Below are positions 9,564-18,366 of a DNA stretch of 64,000 nt, in pieces. Position 1 is the stretch's first letter, and each line of letters starts with the position of its first letter. Below the pieces are notes generated by a model. The model did no database searches. It was not told the DNA's origin and was given only the letters and a program-made list of their open reading frames with translations. A program made the translations under genes and the position numbers. The stretch comes from Bacteroidota bacterium. Lineage in GTDB: Bacteria; Bacteroidota; Bacteroidia; Flavobacteriales; Flavobacteriaceae. The stretch spans positions 1,969-65,968 of the forward strand of contig JBCBSN010000001.1 of assembly GCA_039819225.1 (NCBI GenBank), read 5' to 3'.

Positions 9564-10077
9564 GTGTTTTTGTTCCGGGGTATTGTTTTTAACGACCTTT
9601 CATTTTTTGGGGGCACAGATTTCACCTAGGCTCCAAAAGAAGATAAATACCGCCATTACCACAACATACGGGGTGGCGGCCTTTGAGCTAAGGGAAGTGT
9701 CCACAGAGTTGGAAGAACTATCCTTGGACGGGGATTCCCTTTTTGAAATAGTACAGGATACCGAACAATTAGGATACCTATATCTAGGCGAGGCACCTAG
9801 TATGAAACAAGTTTTCGATTACATAGTCATGTTCGATCCCGATATAACGATTAAAAAATCCAAAGTATTGATTTACCGGGAAGATTACGGCCAACAGATC
9901 GGAAGCCAGCGATGGTTAAAGCAGTTTATTGGGCTTTCCGTTACGGATGTACCGATGTACTCGGAGAACATAGATGCCATAGCCGGAGCCACCATTTCCG
10001 CTAAAAACATGACGGATGCGGTGGGCAACGTTCTAAAAAAAATGGGTGTTTTAAAGGAAAAACAAGTACTGCCCTAG
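9547..10077 (+). CDS. FMN-binding domain protein (extracytoplasmic flavinylation target)
   Basis: Signal peptide; YREDYGQQIGSQRWLKQFIG and IDAIAGATIS resemble the FMN_bind [S/T]GA[S/T] motif; overlaps the upstream gene by 17 nt. Confidence 0.8.
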   Translation: MRRASKCFCSGVLFLTTFHFLGAQISPRLQKKINTAITTTYGVAAFELREVSTELEELSLDGDSLFEIVQDTEQLGYLYLGEAPSMKQVFDYIVMFDPDITIKKSKVLIYREDYGQQIGSQRWLKQFIGLSVTDVPMYSENIDAIAGATISAKNMTDAVGNVLKKMGVLKEKQVLP

Positions 10078-10235
10078 TGTAAAGAATGGTAATTTAATGA
10101 ACTAAAATTTTTGATGATATTTTTCTTTTTTTAAGGCGAGTTTTAAAGGCATAGCAGTAGCTACGGCGAAAAAATTCAACGTAAAAAAAAGGAAAATAGG
10201 CCGAAAATTAATTTGGGAAATTATCATTCTTTACA
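10078..10235. repeat. Inverted-repeat-bounded element with a Flavo-1-like structured core
   Basis: 18-bp IR tgtaaagaatggtaattt (10078-10095) / aaattatcattctttaca (10218-10235), 1 mismatch. The core aaggcgagttttaaaggcatagcagtagctacggcgaaaaaattcaacg folds as a long hairpin (about 10118-10198). The Flavo-1 identity is recalled, not searched. Confidence 0.55.
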
Positions 10236-10298
10236 ATAGGCCATATGAGCGATGCCCTTCCTGGTGCATACGCGGTAATTTTTAAACTTTTGAAGACC

Positions 10299-10335
10299 AG
10301 GATCTTTGCCCGGCCTGGCCGTCTGGGCAGATCCT
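10299..10335. repeat. REP-like GC-rich hairpin
   Basis: aggatct..tgcccgg..ctgggca..agatcct imperfect palindrome in intergenic DNA. Confidence 0.45.
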
Positions 10336-10373
10336 ATATCCAATTTTAGGACATGGGTGAAACCAGATAACAA

Positions 10374-10883
10374 ATGCAGCTATACCGTTCCATACAACAT
10401 TTTCCAAAGGAGATAAAGATTCTTATCGGTACTTTTTTGGTAGTGCTGAGCATAGGTTTCTTCTCGGCACTGCAGTTTGTATCCGTTACCACGGAAATGA
10501 CCTCTACGGGAATTCAGGAAAACTATTTGGGCAATGAAGAAGATGAGGAAGCTGAGGAAATGAAATTCAAGAAGGATGAAAAGCGGATGCTGAACATCCT
10601 CCATAGCCATTTAATGTCGCTGAGTCTCATTTTTTTTGTTTTGGCCCTGTTGGTCGCGACCACCCCTGTATCGGGCTTTTTGCGAAAACTTCTTTTGTTT
10701 GAACCCTTGCTTTCCGTACTCGTTACCTTCGGCGGAATATACCTTTTATGGAGCGGAGCGCTATGGATGAAATATGTAGTCCTGGTTTCCGGTATCTTAA
10801 TGACCTTTGCATTTATCCTTTCAGTTTTGGTTATTTTCTATTGGCTCTTTAAAAATGGAAGTACGGCCATAGAAAAAGATTAG
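10374..10883 (+). CDS. 4-TM membrane protein with an intramembrane HSH motif
   Basis: 169 aa, four hydrophobic helices, acidic loop NEEDEEAEE, LNILHSHLMS in TM2. Confidence 0.75.
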   Translation: MQLYRSIQHFPKEIKILIGTFLVVLSIGFFSALQFVSVTTEMTSTGIQENYLGNEEDEEAEEMKFKKDEKRMLNILHSHLMSLSLIFFVLALLVATTPVSGFLRKLLLFEPLLSVLVTFGGIYLLWSGALWMKYVVLVSGILMTFAFILSVLVIFYWLFKNGSTAIEKD

Positions 10884-10885
10884 CT

Positions 10886-10931
10886 TTATTTAGAACGAAT
10901 TAAAATAATTATCTAAATTTGTTCTAAATAA
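10886..10931 (+). promoter_or_regulatory. Two abutting Fur-like palindromes (10886-10908, 10909-10931) containing a -7 element TAAATTTG (10914-10921)
   Basis: ttatttagaacgaattaaaataa and ttatctaaatttgttctaaataa each match the 23-bp consensus at 18/22; 7 nt upstream of ATG 10939. Confidence 0.75.
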
Positions 10932-10938
10932 AAATAGG

Positions 10939-11292
10939 ATGTGTCCGAACATAAGATTGTTAAATGCTACGCCTAACGGAGCCATCTATTGGTTTAAGCA
11001 TAGCGATATGGCCCAGGTCATCTTTAAAAATCTTTGCTTCGATTTTTATCGCTTGGAGTACAATGCCTTTTTAAAGTACATATGCGGTTTGGACGCACTG
11101 CAGATTGAAAAGAAGAATAGGATGTCCCTGCACCACAAAAAGATTTCTATCCCCACGGGAAATGCGAATCTTACTTTGTTATTGGATAGGGAAGAGTTGA
11201 TGGAGTTTCAAAACTTGTTCAAAAAAAGGCCAAAGGACACCGTTCTGGAAAATCCCCTAGAAGAAATCGATTATCCCATGATTTTGAATTAG
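10939..11292 (+). CDS. Small cytoplasmic protein, DUF6686-like
   Basis: 117 aa; KKISIPT..NLTLLLD..EL and C-terminal IDYPMILN resemble a Flavobacteriaceae family found ahead of iron TBDRs (recalled). Confidence 0.65.
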   Translation: MCPNIRLLNATPNGAIYWFKHSDMAQVIFKNLCFDFYRLEYNAFLKYICGLDALQIEKKNRMSLHHKKISIPTGNANLTLLLDREELMEFQNLFKKRPKDTVLENPLEEIDYPMILN

Positions 11293-11343
11293 AGGAATCC
11301 CAAACGCTTACGGACCAATAGCCAACAACCGACCCGACCCCTA

Positions 11344-13734
11344 ATGAAATACGTTCCACTCTTTCTTGCTTTATGTCCCTTTCTTGTAGGGGCACAGTCC
11401 GGCTTCACGATTTCGGGTCTCATTACGGACGCGGACAACAATCCGCTGCCCTATGTAAATATCCGCTTGGACCGGAACAACAAATATGCTGTTTCCGATG
11501 AAAACGGGGTCTATGTCATCAAAAGGATACGGCGGGGAGAATACACCATAACCGTAAGTTCCCTTGGTTTTGTGACCCAGACCCGGAACATCTCTGTAAA
11601 TGGAAATGAAAAGCTCAATTTTTCTCTTAATGAGAATGTTGAGAATCTGGAGGATGTAACGGTTTATGGAAAAAATGAAGCTACCAAAATTAGTCAGAAG
11701 GCCATTACCATTAGTTCATTGGATGTACAACAAGTGGCCAGCCTATCCCTTGGGGCAGAAGAGGTGCTTAAAACGGCTACGGGAGTGGTGGTACGGCAAA
11801 GCGGAGGATTGGGCAGTGACCTGAACATTAACTTAAACGGTCTTTCCGGAAATGCTGTGCGGACGTATTACGATGGGATTCCGTTACAGGTCTATGGCAG
11901 TGGCATTCAGTTGAACAATATTCCCGTGGATGCCTTGGAACGTATAGACGCCTATAAGGGCGTTATGCCCGTAGATATTGGTACGGATGCTTTGGGGGGA
12001 GGCATTAACCTTGTTCCGGTAGAACAATACGGCGATGCACTTAGGGCGTCCTATTCGGTAGGTTCCTTTAATACACATCGTATTACGTTGAACGGCAATA
12101 GAAATTTCAACGACAAAACATCGTTGTCCGTCGTTTCTTTTTTTAACTATTCCGACAATGATTACGAGATGCGAAATATCCCCAACGTTGTGGAAAACAT
12201 TCAGGACGATGGTACAGTTTTGGGTGTTTCGGAGGAGATTATAGACGCCCGGCGTTTTCACAACCGTCACAGATCGGGCTTTGTTGAGGGCACGTTAACA
12301 TTGAAGGACAGGGCGTGGGCGGATAAGTTTAGCTTTTCCGCTTCGTATGCGAACCGATATGATCAGGCACAGCAGGGGCAGTTTATTATAAGCACGGCCA
12401 TAGGGGAGGCCGATCAGACCATAACGGGCTTTAACCAAAGGTTGGACTATCGAAAAAAGCTGTTCAACGACAAATTGAGTTTGCGCTATTTTGGTATTCT
12501 GTCCAATACCACTACAAAAACCAATGACAGTACAACGGCCATATACGATTGGAGGGGTAATAGATTGGTCACGGAAAACAGTTCGGGATCGGAGATCTTT
12601 GCGATTCCCACACTAAGGGAGGGACGAAACCTGGGAACGGCCCATCGTATTATCGCCAATCTAGGACTTGCCCAAAATCTAAATCTTAAGGTATCTAATT
12701 TTTACCGCTATTCCCGGGAAAAGGGAGAGGATCCCGTTGGTGTTCGGATAACCATAAACGGTGAGGCCATAGATCCCAATACCATACCTTCAAAATTGAC
12801 ACGGAACATCTTTGGTGTGCAATTGGAACAAAAATGGTTCAATGGAAAGTTGACCGCCCTGGCCTTTTATAAAAATTACCGCTACAATGCGGAATCCATT
12901 GATATTTTGAGTTCTTCGGCAACCCAATTGCCCGTGCGGGAGGTGAATGCCACTGAGGATGGTTATGGTGTTGCGTTAAAATATCAAGTGTTGGAGTCCC
13001 TTTTTGTGAGAGGAAGTTTTGAACGCGCCATACGCATTCCCACGGAAGGTGAAGTATTCGGGAATTTTGCGGCCATCCTGCCCAATTACGAGTTAAGACC
13101 GGAAAGTAGCAACAACGTCAATGCAGGCGTAACCTTTGACCAACGCTTGGGTAAAGAAGGATTTGTTACCATTTCGTTGGACGGCTTTATCCGGGACCAA
13201 GAAAACTTGATACGTTTGGAACCATTCGGTCCCGAAAACGCCATTTTCCGAAACCAGGCCAAGGTAGATGGTCAGGGGTTTGAGTTTTCCGCCAAGGTTA
13301 CCCCCGTGCGTAATGTAAACCTTTCTGCCAACCTAACCTATCAAAGCAATCAATTTGCGGAGAACAACAATGCCTCATCACAATCTATCATAGGCATTGA
13401 AATACCCAATATTCCCCAATTTTTCTACAATGTGGGGGGCAACTATAAAATAGAGAGGATTTTTCGTTCCCCCAATAGCCTTAGCCTATTTTACACCTAC
13501 TTTTTTCTGGACAGGTTCAGTATCAACTTGGTCTCGGATTTAGATACGGCCAACCCTGATTTTGTAATTCCGGAGCAGCATGTGCACAACACCGGGATTA
13601 CCTATGCTTTGGAAGAAACCGGATGGAGCTTTTCGTTGAATGTACAAAACATGTTCAATGCGGAACTGTTCGATAATTTTAGGATACCCAGGCCCGGGTT
13701 CAATTATGCTTTTAAAATCAATTATTCACTTTAA
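11344..13734 (+). CDS. TonB-dependent receptor with N-terminal carboxypeptidase-regulatory-like domain (siderophore/iron type)
   Basis: N-terminal ISGLITDADNNPLPYVNI; plug ERIDAYKGVMPVDIGTDALGGGINLV; C-terminal RPGFNYAFKINYSL. Confidence 0.9.
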   Translation: MKYVPLFLALCPFLVGAQSGFTISGLITDADNNPLPYVNIRLDRNNKYAVSDENGVYVIKRIRRGEYTITVSSLGFVTQTRNISVNGNEKLNFSLNENVENLEDVTVYGKNEATKISQKAITISSLDVQQVASLSLGAEEVLKTATGVVVRQSGGLGSDLNINLNGLSGNAVRTYYDGIPLQVYGSGIQLNNIPVDALERIDAYKGVMPVDIGTDALGGGINLVPVEQYGDALRASYSVGSFNTHRITLNGNRNFNDKTSLSVVSFFNYSDNDYEMRNIPNVVENIQDDGTVLGVSEEIIDARRFHNRHRSGFVEGTLTLKDRAWADKFSFSASYANRYDQAQQGQFIISTAIGEADQTITGFNQRLDYRKKLFNDKLSLRYFGILSNTTTKTNDSTTAIYDWRGNRLVTENSSGSEIFAIPTLREGRNLGTAHRIIANLGLAQNLNLKVSNFYRYSREKGEDPVGVRITINGEAIDPNTIPSKLTRNIFGVQLEQKWFNGKLTALAFYKNYRYNAESIDILSSSATQLPVREVNATEDGYGVALKYQVLESLFVRGSFERAIRIPTEGEVFGNFAAILPNYELRPESSNNVNAGVTFDQRLGKEGFVTISLDGFIRDQENLIRLEPFGPENAIFRNQAKVDGQGFEFSAKVTPVRNVNLSANLTYQSNQFAENNNASSQSIIGIEIPNIPQFFYNVGGNYKIERIFRSPNSLSLFYTYFFLDRFSINLVSDLDTANPDFVIPEQHVHNTGITYALEETGWSFSLNVQNMFNAELFDNFRIPRPGFNYAFKINYSL

Positions 13735-13739
13735 ATTTT

Positions 13740-15080
13740 ATGGAAATGAAAATTAATAATGTATTTGCATCACCATGGAAGTTAATGGCAATGGTGCTTT
13801 TTACCCTTTGCCTTGCTGCTTGTTCCAGTAGCGATGACACTCCCGATGACCCCACGGATGATATGGGTACCGAGGATCCTATGGATGACCCTGTGGACGA
13901 CCCCGTGGAGGCTCAAAACAAAAGCGAGGGCTTCGTGATAATTGGAACGACCAATAATAACGAATCCACTCTGGTAAAGTACGTGGAAGAGCTCCCTACA
14001 GGATCTATAGACCTTTCCGATGGCACTGATTTTCCGGCTTTTGGCCCCACCTCGATCCATGATCATGCCATGTTCCTGCCACGTCCGGATGGCTCCGCCG
14101 GTTTTTCCAAGTATGTGGTCAATGCCGATGGCGAACTGGAAGAAGAGGCCATATTGCCCACTATTAGTGCAGGTTCTTTCCGGATGGCCGTCCTGGATTC
14201 AGAAAGAGGAGTATTCCATGATCGGGCCACCCCCAATGCCATTTCCATTTTTGACCCTAGGACAATGGAGGTTATCGCCAACATAGACATGAGTAGTGCC
14301 CCGGTACCCGGTGATATAGACCAGCGTTACCAACGCTTTTTCTTTCGGGGGGATGATGTCTTTGCGCCAATTCGGGGCGAGGCCGGGGAATCGTTCACTT
14401 CCTTGATCGTACATCAGGCCAACGTATCCAGCGGAAGCTATGTAGGTTCTACCGAGCGCGTGGGAGACGGGGAAGGTGATCTTCTCTATCTTAATTCGGG
14501 AGGACCCTCCGCAGATGGGCAGGGCAACCTGTATATTTTTGACCAAGGTGTCTTTAGTGTTGGAACAACCGTGCTTCCCCGGATAAACAAAATACCGGCG
14601 GGAAGCGGCGAATTCGATTCCTCTTATGTATTTGAGCCAGGTCCTATCCTAAATCCCATGAATTTGGCCCATACTATCAGTGGTTTCGAAATAATAGAGA
14701 ATAACCAAGCTTTGGCCGTAATTAATGCGGATATTCCTCAGGCAGTGATTGATCTCATTACCGAAATAGGTGGGCTCCAAAATGCCTCTCCAGATCAGAT
14801 CCAACAACTATTGGGGCTTGTGTTTTCATCGCCCTCCGCGCGTTGGTGCATACTGGATATGGAGGCATTGACCGTAACCCCCATAGAGGGGATACCATCT
14901 GTAGGTGTTTTTAATGGTGGCAGTACCTTCAAATACAATGGCAATGTTTATATTCCTGTTAGTACACCAGATGAAAGCGCTTATTATGTATGGGATCCCA
15001 GTACCACGAGCGCTACAAAAGCTTTTGACTTCTTAGGGGCCGATATTGCGGGGGTCTTTAATCTGGCAAACAACCGCTAA
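13740..15080 (+). CDS. Surface lipoprotein partner of the TBDR (DUF4374-like beta-propeller)
   Basis: Lipobox CLAAC; Asp/Pro-rich linker (DDP repeats); beta-strand-rich body; 5 nt after the TBDR. Confidence 0.7.
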   Translation: MEMKINNVFASPWKLMAMVLFTLCLAACSSSDDTPDDPTDDMGTEDPMDDPVDDPVEAQNKSEGFVIIGTTNNNESTLVKYVEELPTGSIDLSDGTDFPAFGPTSIHDHAMFLPRPDGSAGFSKYVVNADGELEEEAILPTISAGSFRMAVLDSERGVFHDRATPNAISIFDPRTMEVIANIDMSSAPVPGDIDQRYQRFFFRGDDVFAPIRGEAGESFTSLIVHQANVSSGSYVGSTERVGDGEGDLLYLNSGGPSADGQGNLYIFDQGVFSVGTTVLPRINKIPAGSGEFDSSYVFEPGPILNPMNLAHTISGFEIIENNQALAVINADIPQAVIDLITEIGGLQNASPDQIQQLLGLVFSSPSARWCILDMEALTVTPIEGIPSVGVFNGGSTFKYNGNVYIPVSTPDESAYYVWDPSTTSATKAFDFLGADIAGVFNLANNR

Positions 15081-15115
15081 AACCTGTTTTCCGAGTACCT
15101 TCAAGGAAAAATTGC

Positions 15116-15150
15116 AAAAGCCCTATGCTTTATTAGAGCATAGGGCTTTT
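15116..15150 (+). terminator. Rho-independent (bidirectional-type) terminator
   Basis: Perfect 14-bp stem aaaagccctatgct / agcatagggctttt with a 7-nt loop. Confidence 0.85.
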
Positions 15151-15386
15151 TATTTGTCCAAGGTATTGCAAGTGGGGATTCTTACGGAAGAGTTGGGTTT
15201 TGGTTGATGTGTTCCAGGTTAAGAATGCATTTCTGGTTTAAGTTTAATTGGGCACTACTGCATAAAGACGTTCCAAATCCCTTTAAAATCCATGTCATTT
15301 TATAAAATGAAGCGAAAAACACTATAAAGTAAACTTCATTTACGACTCCTAACCAATTAAAGGGAACTCAACTTAAACAAGATCCT

Positions 15387-18350
15387 ATGGGGCCAATGAA
15401 ATGGGTGTTGGGCGCAATATGTCTATGTGTGCCAATGTTTGTAATGGCACAGAACACAATAACCGGTGTGGTAAAGGACAAGGCCTTTGACGAGCCCTTG
15501 CCCGGGGCCAGTGTAGTCATCAAGGGAACTGCCACCGGTACCACTACCGATTTTGACGGCAACTATGAGATTCAGGCCGCTCTGGGGGATATTCTTTTGT
15601 TTTCCTATGTGGGCTTTAAGAGCATAGAAATAGAAGTGGACGGCACTGCCATTGATGTGGCCTTGGAAGAGGATACCGCCCAATTGGACGAGGTAGTCCT
15701 TATAGGGTATGGCTCCACCACCAAAAAGGATGCCACTGGCGCCGTAATCGGTGTTACGGAGGAGGAATTGAACAAGGGCTTTATCGCCTCGCCCCAAGAC
15801 CTTTTAATAGGAAAGGCTGCAGGAGTAAACATTACCACCTCTGGGGGTGCCCCGGGAAGTGGGAGCGAGATCCGCATACGTGGAGGTGCCTCCCTGGACG
15901 CGAGCAATGCTCCTCTGATCATTATAGACGATGTTCCCCTGGATAACTCCAACAATCCCGGATCTAGGAATGTTTTTGATTTTATCAATCCTGCGGACAT
16001 CTCCTCGTTTACCGTACTTAAAGATGCTTCCGCTACCGCTATTTATGGTTCCAGGGCCTCCAATGGGGTTATCATCATTACTACAAAAAAGGGGGTCTCG
16101 GGCGATTTAAAGTTCAATTTTGGCACTTCGGCATCGGTAAGTTCGGTAAAGGAGGATTTGGACGTGCTGAGCGCGGGACAGTTTAGGGACATTATCCAAC
16201 AGCGGTATCCCAATAGGGTATCCGAGCTGGGTAATGCCAGTACGGATTGGCAGGACGAAATCTTTAAAAGTGCGGTGGGTACGGATACGAATTTTAGCGT
16301 AAGGGGCGGTATTTGGGGAATACCCTTTAGGGCCTCCGTGGGCCATACGGAACAAGATGGTATTTTACGCACGGAAGCACTGCAACGGACCACTGCCTCG
16401 GTAAACCTTTCCCCCAAATTGTTCGATGACAAACTGCGGATCCAGATCAATGCCAGGGGTTCGTATAGCGAAAACAATTTTGCGGATACCAATGCCATCT
16501 TCAATGCCATACAGTTTGATCCCACAAGGCCCGTTTTTGATGCGGCCCTTCCAGGTGGTTTCTTTGATTATTACGAACCCAACGGAACTCCTACTGCCAA
16601 TACCGTGGCCAACCCCTTGGCCCTTTTGTTGCTCCGGGAGAACAGGTCCAACGTAAGGCGATTGGTGGCCAATGCCAAATTTGATTATCAATTTCATTTT
16701 TTCCCGGACATTACGGCCACCCTGAACCTTGGGATTGATAAGTCCAATGCGGACGGGGTGGACAATCAACCGGAAACCTTGTCCACGCAGCGGATTACCC
16801 AGGGCCTGTTCAGCAATTATGGACAGGACGAGGAGAACAAGCTTTTGGACTTCTACCTAAAATATACCAAGGAACTGGAAAAGTGGAATACACGTTTTGA
16901 CCTAACGGCGGGCTATTCTTACCAGAATTTTTTTGACAATCAGTTCACCAGCTCCGTTAGGGGAGATGGTATAGGAGGTACCACCATAGACGATATTATC
17001 CTTGAGAGCAATCTGCAGTCCTATTTTGGCCGGGCCAATTTGATCTTGGCGGATAAGTACCTCTTCACTTTTACGTATAGGAGGGACGGGTCTTCGCGTT
17101 TCGGAGGGGACAACAGATGGGGCAATTTCCCGGCCGCCGCCTTTGCTTGGAACGTGAGCGACGAGAACTTTCTAAAGGATTCCAAAAGCATATCCAACCT
17201 AAAATTGCGCCTGGGTTGGGGAGTAACCGGGCAACAGGATGTGATACAGGGGAACGATACCCAACCCTATCTGCCCCAATTTGCGCCCAGTCTTAACGGG
17301 GCCTCCGTACAGTTTGGACAGGATGCCAATGGAAATCCCATTTTTGTAAGTTCGTTAAGGGCACAGCCTTTTGATGCCAATATTAAGTGGGAAGAGACCA
17401 CTACCTATAACATAGGACTGGATTTTGGACTTTTTGACAATGTGCTCAGTGGAGCGGTGGAATTGTATTACCGAGAAACCGAAGATCTTTTAAGTACCGT
17501 AAATATCCCTATTGGCAGCAACCTTTCCAACCGTTTGCCTACCAATATCGGGAGTCTTACCAATCAAGGGGTAGAGGTTACCCTGAATGCAAAGATTCTA
17601 GATCGGGAAGATCTCACTTGGGACCTGGGATTCAACTATGCCTATAATGAAAATACGGTAGATCAACTGTTCCTTACCGACAATGCAGGGGGCGCGGGCA
17701 TTCCGGTGGCCGGAACGTTGCTTGTGGGTTTTGGCGGGGATGACGGTGCCCAGTACCATATTATAGACGAACCCACTAGAAGTTACCTGGTCTATGTGCA
17801 GGCCTACAATTCGGACGGGCTTCCTATACCGGGAACGGTAGTGGACCTTAATGGGGACGGGTTTATCAACAGCTTGGATAGGCGACCCTTCCAACAGGCG
17901 GCCCCCCTGGTAAATTTAGGACTTAACAGCAGGGTGAATTGGAAAAACTGGGACATGAGCTTTTCAATGAGGGCCAGTCTGGGCAATTATAATTACAATG
18001 GGATAGAAGTTCAGAACGGGACTTTTGCCAATGTAGATATAGGTCAAGATCTTAGGAATGTTACCAGTGCCACGGTGATAAATGGTTTTGATGATTACAT
18101 AGACGAGGTAACCTTCTCCGATTTTTTCGTACAGGATGCCTCCTTTCTCCGTTTGGACAATATTAATTTGGGATACACTTTTGGAAATGTCTTTAATGAC
18201 AGCTCTCGGTTACGGGTATTTTCCACCTTGCAAAATGTCCTGGTGGTCACCGACTATGAGGGACTAGATCCCGAGGTGCCCAATGGCATTGACAGAAATA
18301 TCTTTCCAAGGCCTTTTATTACCCAACTGGGATTGTCACTTGATTTTTAA
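15387..18350 (+). CDS. susC: SusC/RagA TonB-dependent glycan transporter (alpha-glucan type)
   Basis: NPADISSFTVLKDASATAIYGSRASNGVIIITTKKG; YRRDGSSRFG; KWEETTTYNIGLDFG; C-terminal YEGLDPE..FPRPF..GLSLDF. Confidence 0.95.
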   Translation: MGPMKWVLGAICLCVPMFVMAQNTITGVVKDKAFDEPLPGASVVIKGTATGTTTDFDGNYEIQAALGDILLFSYVGFKSIEIEVDGTAIDVALEEDTAQLDEVVLIGYGSTTKKDATGAVIGVTEEELNKGFIASPQDLLIGKAAGVNITTSGGAPGSGSEIRIRGGASLDASNAPLIIIDDVPLDNSNNPGSRNVFDFINPADISSFTVLKDASATAIYGSRASNGVIIITTKKGVSGDLKFNFGTSASVSSVKEDLDVLSAGQFRDIIQQRYPNRVSELGNASTDWQDEIFKSAVGTDTNFSVRGGIWGIPFRASVGHTEQDGILRTEALQRTTASVNLSPKLFDDKLRIQINARGSYSENNFADTNAIFNAIQFDPTRPVFDAALPGGFFDYYEPNGTPTANTVANPLALLLLRENRSNVRRLVANAKFDYQFHFFPDITATLNLGIDKSNADGVDNQPETLSTQRITQGLFSNYGQDEENKLLDFYLKYTKELEKWNTRFDLTAGYSYQNFFDNQFTSSVRGDGIGGTTIDDIILESNLQSYFGRANLILADKYLFTFTYRRDGSSRFGGDNRWGNFPAAAFAWNVSDENFLKDSKSISNLKLRLGWGVTGQQDVIQGNDTQPYLPQFAPSLNGASVQFGQDANGNPIFVSSLRAQPFDANIKWEETTTYNIGLDFGLFDNVLSGAVELYYRETEDLLSTVNIPIGSNLSNRLPTNIGSLTNQGVEVTLNAKILDREDLTWDLGFNYAYNENTVDQLFLTDNAGGAGIPVAGTLLVGFGGDDGAQYHIIDEPTRSYLVYVQAYNSDGLPIPGTVVDLNGDGFINSLDRRPFQQAAPLVNLGLNSRVNWKNWDMSFSMRASLGNYNYNGIEVQNGTFANVDIGQDLRNVTSATVINGFDDYIDEVTFSDFFVQDASFLRLDNINLGYTFGNVFNDSSRLRVFSTLQNVLVVTDYEGLDPEVPNGIDRNIFPRPFITQLGLSLDF

Positions 18351-18366
18351 CAATTAGCACTAGCGC

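Noticed and set aside
15305-15341. 8-bp inverted repeat aaatgaag / cttcattt upstream of the first susC as an operator
   Set aside because: Short and AT-rich, with no second copy found at other PUL promoters.
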